DNA of 64,000 nt, from positions 6,384 through 70,383 of IMG/VR virus record IMGVR_UViG_3300037313_000577; one strand, 5' to 3'. Positions 1 through 9,924 of the stretch are shown one piece after another. Every line of letters begins with the position of its first letter. Within the stretch, counting starts at the first letter, position 1. The notes under the pieces were generated by a model that worked only from the letters and a program-made list of their open reading frames with translations, was not told the origin of the DNA and searched no databases. Origin of the DNA: a virus (taxonomy: Duplodnaviria; Caudoviricetes). Made by a program: the position numbers and the translations under genes.

Positions 1-1
1 G

Positions 2-853
2 CAGTACACCAAAGACAACGGTGCAACATGGCAAGCGCTGCAAGTCGATGCAACACCGCACCCTGATGTGTGGGAACAACTCGAAGCCGCGTGGTTTGAA
101 TTCTCACTCGACGGCAGCGAAGTCTTGTGCAATGCACGCTTGCATTATCAGAGCGGCATCTACGTCAACAATCACCCGACGATCCTGCGCGGCACGCTCG
201 ATGACGGCATCGTGGAGATCGGGAGTACCGACTACCATTATGGCGTGCGTGGCATGCCCACGTCGCAACCGATTCCGGGTGATGCAGGCGATATTGGATT
301 CTGGCATGGCGTGCTGTATGACATTGGACTCATGGCGGGTGCGTTCGGTTATTACGATGCTGCGAACACACTGCATGAGATCTATCGCACGGAAGAAACA
401 TTTGCGCCGGTCGTGCATGTCGATCCCAATCGCGTCGTCGCACCCGGATCACGCGCGTTGTATTCACTCTTTCGCGATCAGATCGCGTACACAGAAGATT
501 ATCGTGTTGCTGCACCGCAAGCGTTCACAAACAATGATGATGGATTCGGATCGCTCGCGCTCCTTGCAGATTCTACGATCTTCGTCGCATCACTGAGTCA
601 CGGTATCTTGCGCGGACTTGTCGCGGGTGGCAGCGTAACGCTCACACCGGAACCGGATGTGTCCGCGCTCAATTTGTACGCGTATCTACGCGCGGATCGA
701 CAGACACGCAGGCTTGTGCTCGCGCGGATCAATCGTTCACCAGATAGTTACGTCTACGACGGTACTGCGTGGACGTTGCTGCCAAGGCCGGATACGGCTG
801 TGAGTTTGGGCAAAGGTGGCGAAGCGATTGCGATGCCGGAGGATCTGCAATGA
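2..853 (+). CDS. tail/baseplate-region virion protein, 5'-truncated by window edge
   Basis: Frame is open from base 2 (QYTKDNGATW...) to TGA at 853. It lies directly upstream of the tail-fibre genes and overlaps the next gene by ATGA. Confidence 0.6.
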   Translation, partial: QYTKDNGATWQALQVDATPHPDVWEQLEAAWFEFSLDGSEVLCNARLHYQSGIYVNNHPTILRGTLDDGIVEIGSTDYHYGVRGMPTSQPIPGDAGDIGFWHGVLYDIGLMAGAFGYYDAANTLHEIYRTEETFAPVVHVDPNRVVAPGSRALYSLFRDQIAYTEDYRVAAPQAFTNNDDGFGSLALLADSTIFVASLSHGILRGLVAGGSVTLTPEPDVSALNLYAYLRADRQTRRLVLARINRSPDSYVYDGTAWTLLPRPDTAVSLGKGGEAIAMPEDLQ

Positions 854-1254
854 GCGCAATTGATCGTCTGTTCGCAGATCTCTACCGCTACGTCGATACA
901 CGCATTGCAGAAGCGCTCAGACACTATCGTCCGCGCTTAGCGCAAGCAGACGGCGTACTGCCGATTGGCAATGGTGGCACTGGTGGCAGTGTCGGCGCGC
1001 AAGGACCGAAGGGTGACAAAGGTGATCCCGGCGATCCGGGTCCACCAGGACCACAAGGTGATCCCGGACCAATGGGACCGCCAGGACCGAAAGGTGATCC
1101 GGGTGACGATGCGACATTTCCGGTTGTACCCACGCGCGTCGGCCAGATCTTGATGAGTCTCGACGGCGCGACGTTCGTCGCCGTCATGCCAGTGACAAGC
1201 GACGATGGATGGTTAGTCAACGACGAAGGTTATCTACTCATCAGTGAGGACTAG
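850..1254 (+). CDS. short collagen-like (Gly-X-Y) virion protein
   Basis: ATG at 850 overlaps the previous stop. Contains a [19 protein letters not shown] run. Confidence 0.7.
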   Translation: MSAIDRLFADLYRYVDTRIAEALRHYRPRLAQADGVLPIGNGGTGGSVGAQGPKGDKGDPGDPGPPGPQGDPGPMGPPGPKGDPGDDATFPVVPTRVGQILMSLDGATFVAVMPVTSDDGWLVNDEGYLLISED

Positions 1255-1257
1255 CGT

Positions 1258-2676
1258 ATGCGACCGTTAGCAGGATCGCCACGGCGCTTACACGCGTTTG
1301 AAGTTGCCGACGATACAGCACTGCATGCACTGCCTGTGAGTCCCGACGACATTGGACGCGCCGCGTACGTCACAAGCACCGGCATCATGCACCTCTTAGC
1401 GGCTGTGAATCCGGCAGACTGGCACGCGATCATGGGTGTGCCAGGTCCGCAAGGAGCAACAGGCGAGCCGGGTCCGCAAGGTCCTGCTGGTCCCAAAGGC
1501 GACACTGGCGATACCGGCGCGACTGGTGCAACAGGACCCAAAGGTGACACTGGCGATACAGGTCCGCAAGGGCCACAGGGACTCACAGGTGCGACAGGTC
1601 CGAAAGGCGATACCGGAGCTACGGGACCGCAAGGTCCCATCGGGCTCACAGGCGCGACCGGACCAAAGGGTGATACGGGTGATACGGGTGCGACAGGACC
1701 GCAAGGGCCAGCAGGACCGATTGTGAATCTTGGCGGCTTGCTTGACGTTGCGCTTGGCACACTTGCAGACGGCGACATGCTGTATCGCGATGCAACGGCG
1801 AATACGTGGAAGAACATGCCGGGGCGCGGCAAAGCAAGCGGAGTCGCACCATTAGACACAAATCTGGATCTCGTTGCGCCACACTGGATCGGAGTCGGCG
1901 CTGCTCCATCGTATCCGCTCGATCTTGTTGGCAGTGTATACATTCAACGCATTAAATCTGCAACGCAGAGTGACAGCGCACTCTTGCGGTTGGAAACGGC
2001 GGGTATTGCAGGTGGATCGGGTGGTGCAGGTGGCATTGACATCTTTGACGGCACGGTCCGCAGTGGACGACTCACAGCCGCGCTTGCGAATGCCAGCGGT
2101 GGACGCTATTTCGGTTTCGTGTGCGAAGTAGATCGCGATGCGAATAATCTGCCGTTCATCGTGTTCACACGCAGCGCCGCTGGTGGCAATACACGCGCGT
2201 TCACGGTGTGGCCCGATCCACAGCAAGGCTACGTCACCGTTGGCAATCTCGCGACAGCACCCGGCGCAAATCTGCATGTCTACCAGGCGGAAACAGGTGT
2301 AACGTCGTCCGTCTTGTCGATGCTCCGACTCGAACACCAATCGAACGTGGCGACGGCAAGCGGATTCGGATCGTCGCTTGGGTTTGCCGGACGATCATCC
2401 ACGACGGCAGGACGCGACATGGCCGATATTACGGCTGTGTGGGCGACGGCGACGGATGCCACGCGCAAAGGACGACTCTCACTGAATGTGTGGGATACAG
2501 CAGTGCGTGAGGCGTTGCGACTCGAATCGTCGGGCAGTGCGCCGATGATCGGATTGTACGGAGTCACAGCCGTCGCACGACAAACCGTCGCAGCGGCGGC
2601 AACCGATCTGACAAGCGCGATCACGCTCGTCAACGATCTGCGCTCCAAGCTGATCACGCTTGGCGCATTCCAATAG
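1258..2676 (+). CDS. collagen-repeat tail/head fibre protein
   Basis: Long Gly-X-Y tract ([13 protein letters not shown] repeats). C-terminus [18 protein letters not shown] resembles fibre termini. Confidence 0.8.
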   Translation: MRPLAGSPRRLHAFEVADDTALHALPVSPDDIGRAAYVTSTGIMHLLAAVNPADWHAIMGVPGPQGATGEPGPQGPAGPKGDTGDTGATGATGPKGDTGDTGPQGPQGLTGATGPKGDTGATGPQGPIGLTGATGPKGDTGDTGATGPQGPAGPIVNLGGLLDVALGTLADGDMLYRDATANTWKNMPGRGKASGVAPLDTNLDLVAPHWIGVGAAPSYPLDLVGSVYIQRIKSATQSDSALLRLETAGIAGGSGGAGGIDIFDGTVRSGRLTAALANASGGRYFGFVCEVDRDANNLPFIVFTRSAAGGNTRAFTVWPDPQQGYVTVGNLATAPGANLHVYQAETGVTSSVLSMLRLEHQSNVATASGFGSSLGFAGRSSTTAGRDMADITAVWATATDATRKGRLSLNVWDTAVREALRLESSGSAPMIGLYGVTAVARQTVAAAATDLTSAITLVNDLRSKLITLGAFQ

Positions 2677-2685
2677 GAGACAAAT

Positions 2686-2946
2686 ATGAGTGCGAGACAA
2701 CAGGATTTCATATCGCAAGTTCGGACGGAAGCAAGCGCAATTCTGGACGCGGTGTCGCGTCTGCACGCACTGCGCGCGGAGTGGGATGCGCTGGCGTACG
2801 GCGCAACACTGACGACAGATGATTTCGTCGGCGAAAATGCCGATCTGGATGTGGCGGAGATCACAGGTGTGTTTACGACCGTCGAAGCGATTGACGCACT
2901 TATGAGTGCGGGGCACGCAACCAATTTGTACAAAGTGTATCGGTGA
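2686..2946 (+). CDS. hypothetical protein
   Basis: AGGAG RBS, 86 aa, tightly packed in the operon. Confidence 0.6.
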   Translation: MSARQQDFISQVRTEASAILDAVSRLHALRAEWDALAYGATLTTDDFVGENADLDVAEITGVFTTVEAIDALMSAGHATNLYKVYR

Positions 2947-2949
2947 CGC

Positions 2950-3129
2950 ATGGAAGATCGCATCAAACAGCGCATTGTCGAGCTACGCCAATTCAAGATC
3001 AATTTAGAGCGCGAACTCCGCGCGACCGAAGCGGCGATTGGCGAACTGCATGCGCTCCTTGCACCGGAGCAACCACATGACACAGGGACCGAAGCACCAT
3101 CAACAGACGCGCGTTCACAGGCCGAATAA
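2950..3129 (+). CDS. small coiled-coil hypothetical protein
   Basis: MEDRIKQRIVELRQFKINLERELRATEAAIGELHALL, read manually; fills the gap between neighbours. Confidence 0.45.
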   Translation: MEDRIKQRIVELRQFKINLERELRATEAAIGELHALLAPEQPHDTGTEAPSTDARSQAE

Positions 3130-4513
3130 CTGGGTGTTTCCTGATGCAGCAGCGCGTGCGGCATTCACTGGTTATGACGCGCCGCTTGCAGACGACGTTG
3201 GGTTGTGGGCGTATCAGCAAGATAACAATACGTTTTGGGTGCTGACCGATTACGATCCGATCACGTGGGTTGGTGTGGCCGGATCGAGCGTCGGCGCGGG
3301 CACGATCATGCCCGACGATCTTGGATTCGATGTCGCAACACAAGCGGAACTCGACGCGCACGCGGCTGTGATCGCGGATGCGACGACGAACGGCCACATC
3401 ACCGTCGAGCAAGTGCAGGACATCATCGGCACGATGACGACTGGCGCAACGCCGATTGTCGTGGTGTACGATGATGGACTTGGACATCTCAATATCTCGT
3501 TCAGCGCGCATTATTTCACAACGGTTGACGATTTCAACGAAGCTGTGCGTGATCTTTTAGGCGCGACGTTGGTTGCGGGAACGGGCGTCACCATCGATGT
3601 CAACGATGCAGGTGATGTCGTCACACTCTCTGCCGCGTCAGCCACGCTTGAATCACTTGTCACCGCGTACGGCCAGTATCGTGTGCCATTCATCTCTGCT
3701 GATAGCGATGTCGATGTCGATAACGATTTCGTCTGGCAGGACGCATTACGACAACTGTTGATCGGCTACGCGAATAGCGTGAGCGTTGGCGCTGAAGCTG
3801 GTCCGGGCAAAGTATCGATCCTGTACGACGCGCAAGGCTCGATTGCGACGGCGAACGAAGCGTTGGATGTGTCGAACGAGTACACGAATCCGACACAGCC
3901 GACGAGTCAATATGCCGCGTGGCTGCAATCGATTGGCGTGAACGATACCAACGTAGCGCTGCATCTCAAAGCGATCAACGGCACGAAAAACTACGCGCTG
4001 ATCGCGGAATTCGGCAACGTCGGGATCGGATCGACCAATCCAACCGAAAAACTTGAAGTTGCAGGGAACGTCAAAGTGATCGGCGGCAACATTCTGTTGG
4101 ATGCAGGCGCAACCGTCGATGGTGTTGATGTCAGCGCACTCGGCAACACACGCAAGCGCACGATGGGCTGGTACGCCAACGGCGCACTTGCGGTGGGCGC
4201 ATCGTTCGGCCCGATCTTCCAACTCGACACAGCGTACGCGGTGATCAAGGGCGTGTGCAACGCGAAAACGCCGGGAGTCGGCGGCGCGACACTTCTGCGT
4301 GTGTATCAGACGGACAACATCGAAACCGGATCATGGACGTTCATCGGCGGCGGCAGTGGACAGCTTTCACTTCCAGCGGCGACGAAGCACGCCGAATTCG
4401 ATTACGCAAGTCTGGTGTTGCCTGCCGGTACATGGTTGCGTCTCGACATCGATCAAGTTGCGCCGACACCACCGCAAGATGTCACGTTTCAATTGATGTT
4501 GAGCGTGCAATAG
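3077..4513 (+). CDS. tail fibre / virion structural protein
   Basis: N-terminus resembles that of 1258..2676 (DxG..AY....W.L....P..W). Contains GNVGIGSTNPTEKLEVAGN, a fibre-type repeat. Start chosen at ATG 3077. Confidence 0.65.
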   Translation: MTQGPKHHQQTRVHRPNNWVFPDAAARAAFTGYDAPLADDVGLWAYQQDNNTFWVLTDYDPITWVGVAGSSVGAGTIMPDDLGFDVATQAELDAHAAVIADATTNGHITVEQVQDIIGTMTTGATPIVVVYDDGLGHLNISFSAHYFTTVDDFNEAVRDLLGATLVAGTGVTIDVNDAGDVVTLSAASATLESLVTAYGQYRVPFISADSDVDVDNDFVWQDALRQLLIGYANSVSVGAEAGPGKVSILYDAQGSIATANEALDVSNEYTNPTQPTSQYAAWLQSIGVNDTNVALHLKAINGTKNYALIAEFGNVGIGSTNPTEKLEVAGNVKVIGGNILLDAGATVDGVDVSALGNTRKRTMGWYANGALAVGASFGPIFQLDTAYAVIKGVCNAKTPGVGGATLLRVYQTDNIETGSWTFIGGGSGQLSLPAATKHAEFDYASLVLPAGTWLRLDIDQVAPTPPQDVTFQLMLSVQ

Positions 4514-4522
4514 GAGCGAACG

Positions 4523-5545
4523 ATGGCGCTGATCTTCATGGACGGATTCGATCATTACAACACACCCGCGCAAAAAGGATGGATCGCGACTGGTGGAAAC
4601 ATGCAAGCGAGCGGCACGCGCTTTGGCAGCGGTCAGTGCTACTCACTCGGCGGCAATCAAAATATGTACCAACAATTGCCGTCAACAAGCGAGCATGCCA
4701 CGATCATCATTGGATGCGCGGTGTATCGCTCGGCCAACGTCGGCGTGCATAACGATTGGCTGTTCTACAGTGATGCGCACGCGACCACGCACGTGGTTGT
4801 TGCGATTATGCCGGATGGATCAATTGGCGCGTGGCGTGGCGGCTACAACAACGCGAACGTGCTTGGGATCTCGGCAGCGAACAATCTTGTCCCGCCGAAT
4901 GTGTGGGCGTACATCGAAATTAAAGTCACGCTCAGTGATACCGTTGGCGTCGTTGAAGTGCGCTTGAATGGCAGCGCCACGCCAGTATTGAATGTGAGCG
5001 GCGTCGATACGAAGAACGGCGGGACGAAAACAACGATTGACAGCGTGGGCATCAACAACAGTACCGGCACATCACTCTATGACGACGTGTACATCCTGAA
5101 TCCTTCTGGCAGCGTCAATACGACATTCCTGGGTGATGTGCGAGTCGAGACGATCTACCCGACCGGCGCGGGTGCATCGACCGGACTCACGCCGTCAACA
5201 GGCGCGAACTGGGCTGCTGTCGATGAAACGCCGCCGAATACGACCGATTACGTGTCGTCGGCAGGCACGAACGTCAAAGACACGTACGCGATGGGCGATC
5301 TGTCAACAGGCGCAAGCACGGTGGTGGGCATGCAGATCGGCACGTACGCGATGAAAACCGATACCGGCGTGAAACAGTATCGACAGGTCGTCCGCAGCGG
5401 CGGCACCGATTATCCCGGCACGGCACGCTCACCCGCGACGAGCTACAACTACGACTTTGCAATCTCAGAGACGAATCCGGCGACATCGGTCGCGTGGACA
5501 AAATCGACGGTGAATGCGGTCGAGATCGGTGTTGAGGTGCTGTGA
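4523..5545 (+). CDS. virion protein, beta-rich lectin-like (MALIFMDGFDHY type)
   Basis: GGAG RBS, 340 aa, S/T/G/N-rich beta-strand pattern, located in the fibre module. Confidence 0.6.
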   Translation: MALIFMDGFDHYNTPAQKGWIATGGNMQASGTRFGSGQCYSLGGNQNMYQQLPSTSEHATIIIGCAVYRSANVGVHNDWLFYSDAHATTHVVVAIMPDGSIGAWRGGYNNANVLGISAANNLVPPNVWAYIEIKVTLSDTVGVVEVRLNGSATPVLNVSGVDTKNGGTKTTIDSVGINNSTGTSLYDDVYILNPSGSVNTTFLGDVRVETIYPTGAGASTGLTPSTGANWAAVDETPPNTTDYVSSAGTNVKDTYAMGDLSTGASTVVGMQIGTYAMKTDTGVKQYRQVVRSGGTDYPGTARSPATSYNYDFAISETNPATSVAWTKSTVNAVEIGVEVL

Positions 5546-5763
5546 TGACGACGATCAATGTTTCACAGGTTGAAGCGGAAGTGATCACGGTCAGTACAAC
5601 GGCGGGTGTGCGTACGTCACAAGTGGAAGCGGAAGTGTTGACGCGCAGCACCAGTGCACAAGTGCAAGTGTCGCAGGTCTTTGCAGAAGTGTTGTGTACG
5701 TGGACGGCAGATGCACCGCTGACACCCGCAGGCGATTATCGCATGCTGCCGTGGATCACATGA
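5542..5763 (+). CDS. small virion-associated protein
   Basis: Internal repeat SQVEAEV x3. Overlaps neighbours by GTGA/ATGA. Confidence 0.5.
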   Translation: MMTTINVSQVEAEVITVSTTAGVRTSQVEAEVLTRSTSAQVQVSQVFAEVLCTWTADAPLTPAGDYRMLPWIT

Positions 5764-6140
5764 AGCTACGCGCGTGGTTTCGTATGCTGGCACAGGCGTG
5801 TGCGGAGTATGCCGGATCGCCGTACGCGTTTCTCGCAGCACTGGCTGTGATCGTCGTGTGGGCGATCACAGGGCCGTTCTTAGGATTCAGCGATACGTGG
5901 CAACTGATCATCAATACGTTCACCACACTGGTGACGTTTCTGATGACGTTTGTGATCCAGCACACGCAGAATCGTGACACCAAAGCGCTGCATTTGAAGT
6001 TGGATGAGCTGGTCCGTGCACAAGCGAATGCGCGCAACAACTTCATCGACATCGAACACCTTGACGACGAACAGCTTGCGCATCTGAAAGCGTACTTCGA
6101 TTCACAGGTGCGCACGGAAGGAGATGCTGATTATGCCTAG
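5760..6140 (+). CDS. low-affinity iron permease family (Fet4-like) membrane protein
   Basis: WAITGPFLGFSDTWQLIINTFTTLVTFLMTFVIQHTQNRDTKALHLKLDELVRA matches the family signature as recalled. Two TM segments. Confidence 0.8.
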   Translation: MKLRAWFRMLAQACAEYAGSPYAFLAALAVIVVWAITGPFLGFSDTWQLIINTFTTLVTFLMTFVIQHTQNRDTKALHLKLDELVRAQANARNNFIDIEHLDDEQLAHLKAYFDSQVRTEGDADYA

Positions 6141-6558
6141 ACGAGTCGCATGTGTATGCGCAACATGCGGTACATCTTTTACCGTTGTCCGCGCTGCGTA
6201 CGAACGTGGTGAAGGTCAATACTGTTCACGCGCGTGTTGGCGAGAGAGATTACGTACACAGCCGCTTGATCGCCTACTCGCACGAATCGATAAGCGCAAT
6301 GGTTGTTGGTATGTACGTGGTGTCGCGCCGTACGAATATGCGACACTCAAAATTAACGGCGCAAAGGTAAAAGCGCATCGATTTATGTACGAACAGCACA
6401 ACGGTCCTGTACCGGATGGTTTGGTTGTCATGCACACATGCGATCATAAATCATGTGTCAATCCCGATCATTTATGCGTTGGTACACAAGCTGACAACGT
6501 ACACGATGCTATGCGTAAGGGAATCTTTCAGGGATCGGGGATAAGGAGTGGGATATGA
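6133..6558 (+). CDS. HNH homing endonuclease
   Basis: AHRFMYE...VMHTCDHKSCVNPDHLCVGTQADNVHD, with an N-terminal CxxC...YCSRAC zinc motif. Confidence 0.85.
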   Translation: MPRRVACVCATCGTSFTVVRAAYERGEGQYCSRACWRERLRTQPLDRLLARIDKRNGCWYVRGVAPYEYATLKINGAKVKAHRFMYEQHNGPVPDGLVVMHTCDHKSCVNPDHLCVGTQADNVHDAMRKGIFQGSGIRSGI

Positions 6559-7619
6559 GTGATTTCTTTTGGGATGGCACGACGAACTTTAGAACAGTAC
6601 AAGATTTCGCGTTGTGGCTGAACAGACAACCAAAACCGGCGTGGAATCCGAAAGGAGTCACGTTTCATCATACATGGAAACCAGTACAAAAAGACTGGCG
6701 TGGACTCTTATCAATGCAGAGTCTCGAACGTACGTATCGCGGCTATCAGGGATGGAACGCAGGACCTCACGTGTTTCTGTGTGCGGGTGCGCCGAATCCG
6801 GCCAACGACGGCATCTGGATCGGCACACCGATCTCGCACGCGGGCATCCATGCCGGGAAGTGCAACAGCGATCATTTTGGCATGGAGATCGTCGGCAACT
6901 ACGATTTTTCCGGTTGGTCGCAAGCGACAAGCGATCTGGTGTACGGCACGATCATCACGCTCCTACGCTGGTTGAATGTTCGCGTGATGAATGATGCAGA
7001 TACGACGCATCTAGCCGGACATCGCGAATGTCTCAACAACAAATCGTGCCCCGGATGGGCGATTGATTGCAAGGTTGTACGCAGAAAGGTGATGCAACTC
7101 ATGACGACTCCGAACGTAACTCCCACACCTACGCCTGTGAATCCGATGCGCGATGTACAAGTGATCGGCGTGACACCATCGATCTCGTTCGAGCAATTTA
7201 TGCGCGTGCTGTCGCGTCACCCATGCGGACTCAATCCAACCGAGATGAAACGCTGTTATGACATGTGCGTGTGGCTGGATGTCGATCCAACATTCATGCT
7301 TGCATTATGGAATAACGAAGCGCCGCCATGGGGCCAGTCACCCTTGCAACTGAAATCGAATTGCCCGATCAACGCGCGCGCGGTTGCAGGTGAGACGCGC
7401 CATACGACGCCGGGTCCTGACGGTAAGCCATTCCTGCGCTTTGAAACGCAGCAGCTTGGCTTCATGTATTCGGTCGTGCATATGAAGGAGCAATACGGCG
7501 CGGAAGGTCAACTCACCGTGCGCGAGATCGCACAAAAATTCACCGGCAGCACAGCGGAGCAAGCAATCGCGTACGGCGATAAATTGATGAACTTTATGGC
7601 CGAATTGCGCAAAGTCTGA
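6555..7619 (+). CDS. endolysin: N-acetylmuramoyl-L-alanine amidase (Amidase_2) plus C-terminal glucosaminidase/lysozyme-like domain
   Basis: HHTW, GPH, HAG, GMEIVG, GHRE and KSCPG amidase motifs. A Pro/Thr linker leads to PSISFEQF...VDPTFMLALWNNE. Confidence 0.85.
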   Translation: MSDFFWDGTTNFRTVQDFALWLNRQPKPAWNPKGVTFHHTWKPVQKDWRGLLSMQSLERTYRGYQGWNAGPHVFLCAGAPNPANDGIWIGTPISHAGIHAGKCNSDHFGMEIVGNYDFSGWSQATSDLVYGTIITLLRWLNVRVMNDADTTHLAGHRECLNNKSCPGWAIDCKVVRRKVMQLMTTPNVTPTPTPVNPMRDVQVIGVTPSISFEQFMRVLSRHPCGLNPTEMKRCYDMCVWLDVDPTFMLALWNNEAPPWGQSPLQLKSNCPINARAVAGETRHTTPGPDGKPFLRFETQQLGFMYSVVHMKEQYGAEGQLTVREIAQKFTGSTAEQAIAYGDKLMNFMAELRKV

Positions 7620-7626
7620 GGGCGAT

Positions 7627-8112
7627 GTGTTTGCACGTGGGCACCACACGACGCCGATCACAGGGAGTGCGGGACCTGTGAATCCCGCTGGTCCGGGCGA
7701 CTTGCCCCACACGCGTGTGCGCTATCTGATCTACGCGCCAGATCTGGTGGAGGTGATCGCGTTCACAATTGCGATTGTGTATGGGATCTGGTATCTGCTG
7801 CCGTGGGATCTGTTTCGTGTCAGCAGCACGTACAACGATATGCGCGCGCTGCTGAGCGAAGATGCGTGGGGCTGGATCTTTATCATCGTCGGTGTTGTGC
7901 AATGGTACGGTTGGTTTCGTAGCTGGCGTAACTATCGACGCAGAGCGGCACTGTATGGCGTCGTGTTCTGGTCGATTATCTGGATTCTGCTCATCCACGG
8001 CAACTGGCGCGGCGCGGGGACGGTGATCTTTCCCTTTTCGTTCATCTACTATAATCTCGTCGCGTTTTTGCGGTTGGGAAATCCACGCATAGGACACTAT
8101 GTTAACCAATGA
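7627..8112 (+). CDS. multi-pass membrane protein (lysis cassette)
   Basis: About 4 hydrophobic segments, immediately after the endolysin. Start uncertain. Confidence 0.6.
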   Translation: MFARGHHTTPITGSAGPVNPAGPGDLPHTRVRYLIYAPDLVEVIAFTIAIVYGIWYLLPWDLFRVSSTYNDMRALLSEDAWGWIFIIVGVVQWYGWFRSWRNYRRRAALYGVVFWSIIWILLIHGNWRGAGTVIFPFSFIYYNLVAFLRLGNPRIGHYVNQ

Positions 8113-8650
8113 TGATGCATTGCGCGATGTTCCGATCCGGCAGGTCTTACAATTGCGTGAGGATGCCGCGCGGCAACTCGAAGCCATTGATCGCTCGACG
8201 TTCCCACGCATCAAAGCGTGGAAGATTCTCACACCGGGCCAGATGTACGTGTTCTATACCAAAAACATGGGCGCGGGTGAGATCGGCGTCGTCTTTGCGA
8301 ACATCCTGCTCTCCGTCGCGCTGGTGTTCAACACACCCGATCTGATCGGACTGTTGTGGTATCAAATTCTGATCAGCATCTTCCCGACATGGCTGTGGGC
8401 TGTGATCTGGCTGGTGCTGACGACGGTAAGCGTGTTCGCGTTCATCACCGGACATGTCGTGTCGCGCAAGTGGTCATGGCGCATCAGCGCGATTGTGTGG
8501 TGCGCCATGTTCGGCGCGATCTGGTGGAATGTGCCAACATTCAGTTTGTTGAAGTATCTGATGCTCGACATCGGGATCGTGAGTGCCATTTCTAGCACAC
8601 GGCTACGTGACATCGAGCGGATACATAAACGATTGCGACAGAGCGAATGA
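8099..8650 (+). CDS. multi-pass membrane protein (lysis cassette)
   Basis: About 4 hydrophobic segments with a basic C-terminus. Layout similar to 7627..8112. Confidence 0.65.
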   Translation: MLTNDDALRDVPIRQVLQLREDAARQLEAIDRSTFPRIKAWKILTPGQMYVFYTKNMGAGEIGVVFANILLSVALVFNTPDLIGLLWYQILISIFPTWLWAVIWLVLTTVSVFAFITGHVVSRKWSWRISAIVWCAMFGAIWWNVPTFSLLKYLMLDIGIVSAISSTRLRDIERIHKRLRQSE

Positions 8651-9078
8651 ATGTGGAATCGGTGTTGGCGATCATAGGAACGGGCGGCGGCGCGTTCATC
8701 ATCACACAAGTGCTCGATTTCGTACAGAAGCGAGCGACCTCACACGACACCAAAGCGCAGGCACTCTCCGATCATATGTCGGCGGCATCGGCGCAGGTGT
8801 TCGATCAACAGGTCGAAGTGATCAAAGCGCTCAGAGAACGCGAAGCAACACGCGAGCAGGCGCTCAATGTTGCGATAACGCGCGCGGATGCTGAACATAT
8901 CCGCGCGCAAACGATGTATGAGCAGATCGCACAGATGCGCATCGTTCTGCTGTCTGTCGTCAGCTTCTTGCGCAACATCACACAAACACCCGATCCGAGT
9001 CCGTTGCGTGAGACCGCAACACAATTGATTCCACAGATCGAATCACAACTGGCGGCCACGACGCCGCGCGAACACTAA
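8647..9078 (+). CDS. holin-like / membrane-anchored coiled-coil protein
   Basis: N-terminal TM segment (VLAIIGTGGGAFIITQVL) followed by a coiled coil. Last gene of the lysis cassette. Confidence 0.5.
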   Translation: MNVESVLAIIGTGGGAFIITQVLDFVQKRATSHDTKAQALSDHMSAASAQVFDQQVEVIKALREREATREQALNVAITRADAEHIRAQTMYEQIAQMRIVLLSVVSFLRNITQTPDPSPLRETATQLIPQIESQLAATTPREH

Positions 9079-9179
9079 AAGGTGTGCGGGGCTGTGTGTG
9101 CACAGACACGGCGATCACAGGCGTGCGCGTGTCGCACGCGGTGGTGTTCCGGCGCGCGGGAGTTGTGCCCCACGCGTAT

Positions 9180-9215
9180 GCGCGGAGATGTATCCCTGCT
9201 CCTACATCTCCGCGC
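9180..9215. terminator. hairpin between convergent genes
   Basis: GCGCGGAGATGTA (9180-9192) pairs with TACATCTCCGCGC (9203-9215): a 13-bp stem without a U-tract. Confidence 0.4.
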
Positions 9216-9429
9216 CGGAACCATTCACAATCGCACGCGACACAATGCAGATCTCCGTACATTGTCCACGCGCGACCAGTGTATTGAGGCGACTCACAGC
9301 GGCGGCATAGCTCGTAAAGTGCTCGACCGTTTGTACATTTTCGCGTGTGTAGTGGACGGTGTAGTTAAACTTGCGTGGGCGACCTGCACCCGGCTTCTTG
9401 CCGCCATGCACACCCTTCACTCCCGGCAT
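9202..9429 (-). CDS. small basic protein with GGKKPGAGRPRK motif (putative DNA-binding)
   Basis: AGGAG RBS before the ATG at 9429, 75 aa. The only leftward gene in this part of the window. Confidence 0.55.
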   Translation of the reverse strand: MPGVKGVHGGKKPGAGRPRKFNYTVHYTRENVQTVEHFTSYAAAVSRLNTLVARGQCTEICIVSRAIVNGSGAEM

Positions 9430-9550
9430 ACCCCGCTCCTTCGCACAGGTGTTCGCTTTACAGCTTGCGTATAAATCATGTGGTGGCGTCAAACGCCGCT
9501 CACCCGATAGATGATACCCCTGCCGTCAAGCGGCACAGACCGCTCCTTCT

Positions 9551-9794
<244 letters not shown>

Positions 9795-9858
9795 GGAGAA
9801 AGGGGAGAGGCAGGAGAGGCAGGAAGGGCCAACTTGACATAAGTTAGTTCTCTGCTAT

Positions 9859-9887
9859 TTGCCTTAAACAGCGTTTTATGGTATACT
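9859..9887 (+). promoter_or_regulatory. sigma70-type promoter of the replication operon
   Basis: TTGCCT (9859-9864), 17 bp, then TATACT (9882-9887) preceded by TG (extended -10). Confidence 0.65.
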
Positions 9888-9924
9888 GAAAGCCTAGAAT
9901 CCACTTTGTACCAGGAGCACACAC

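Noticed and set aside
1251-3164. Long antisense ORFs (1251..1943, 2280..3164 and similar across the window)
   Set aside because: Shadows of GC-rich sense genes and collagen repeats.
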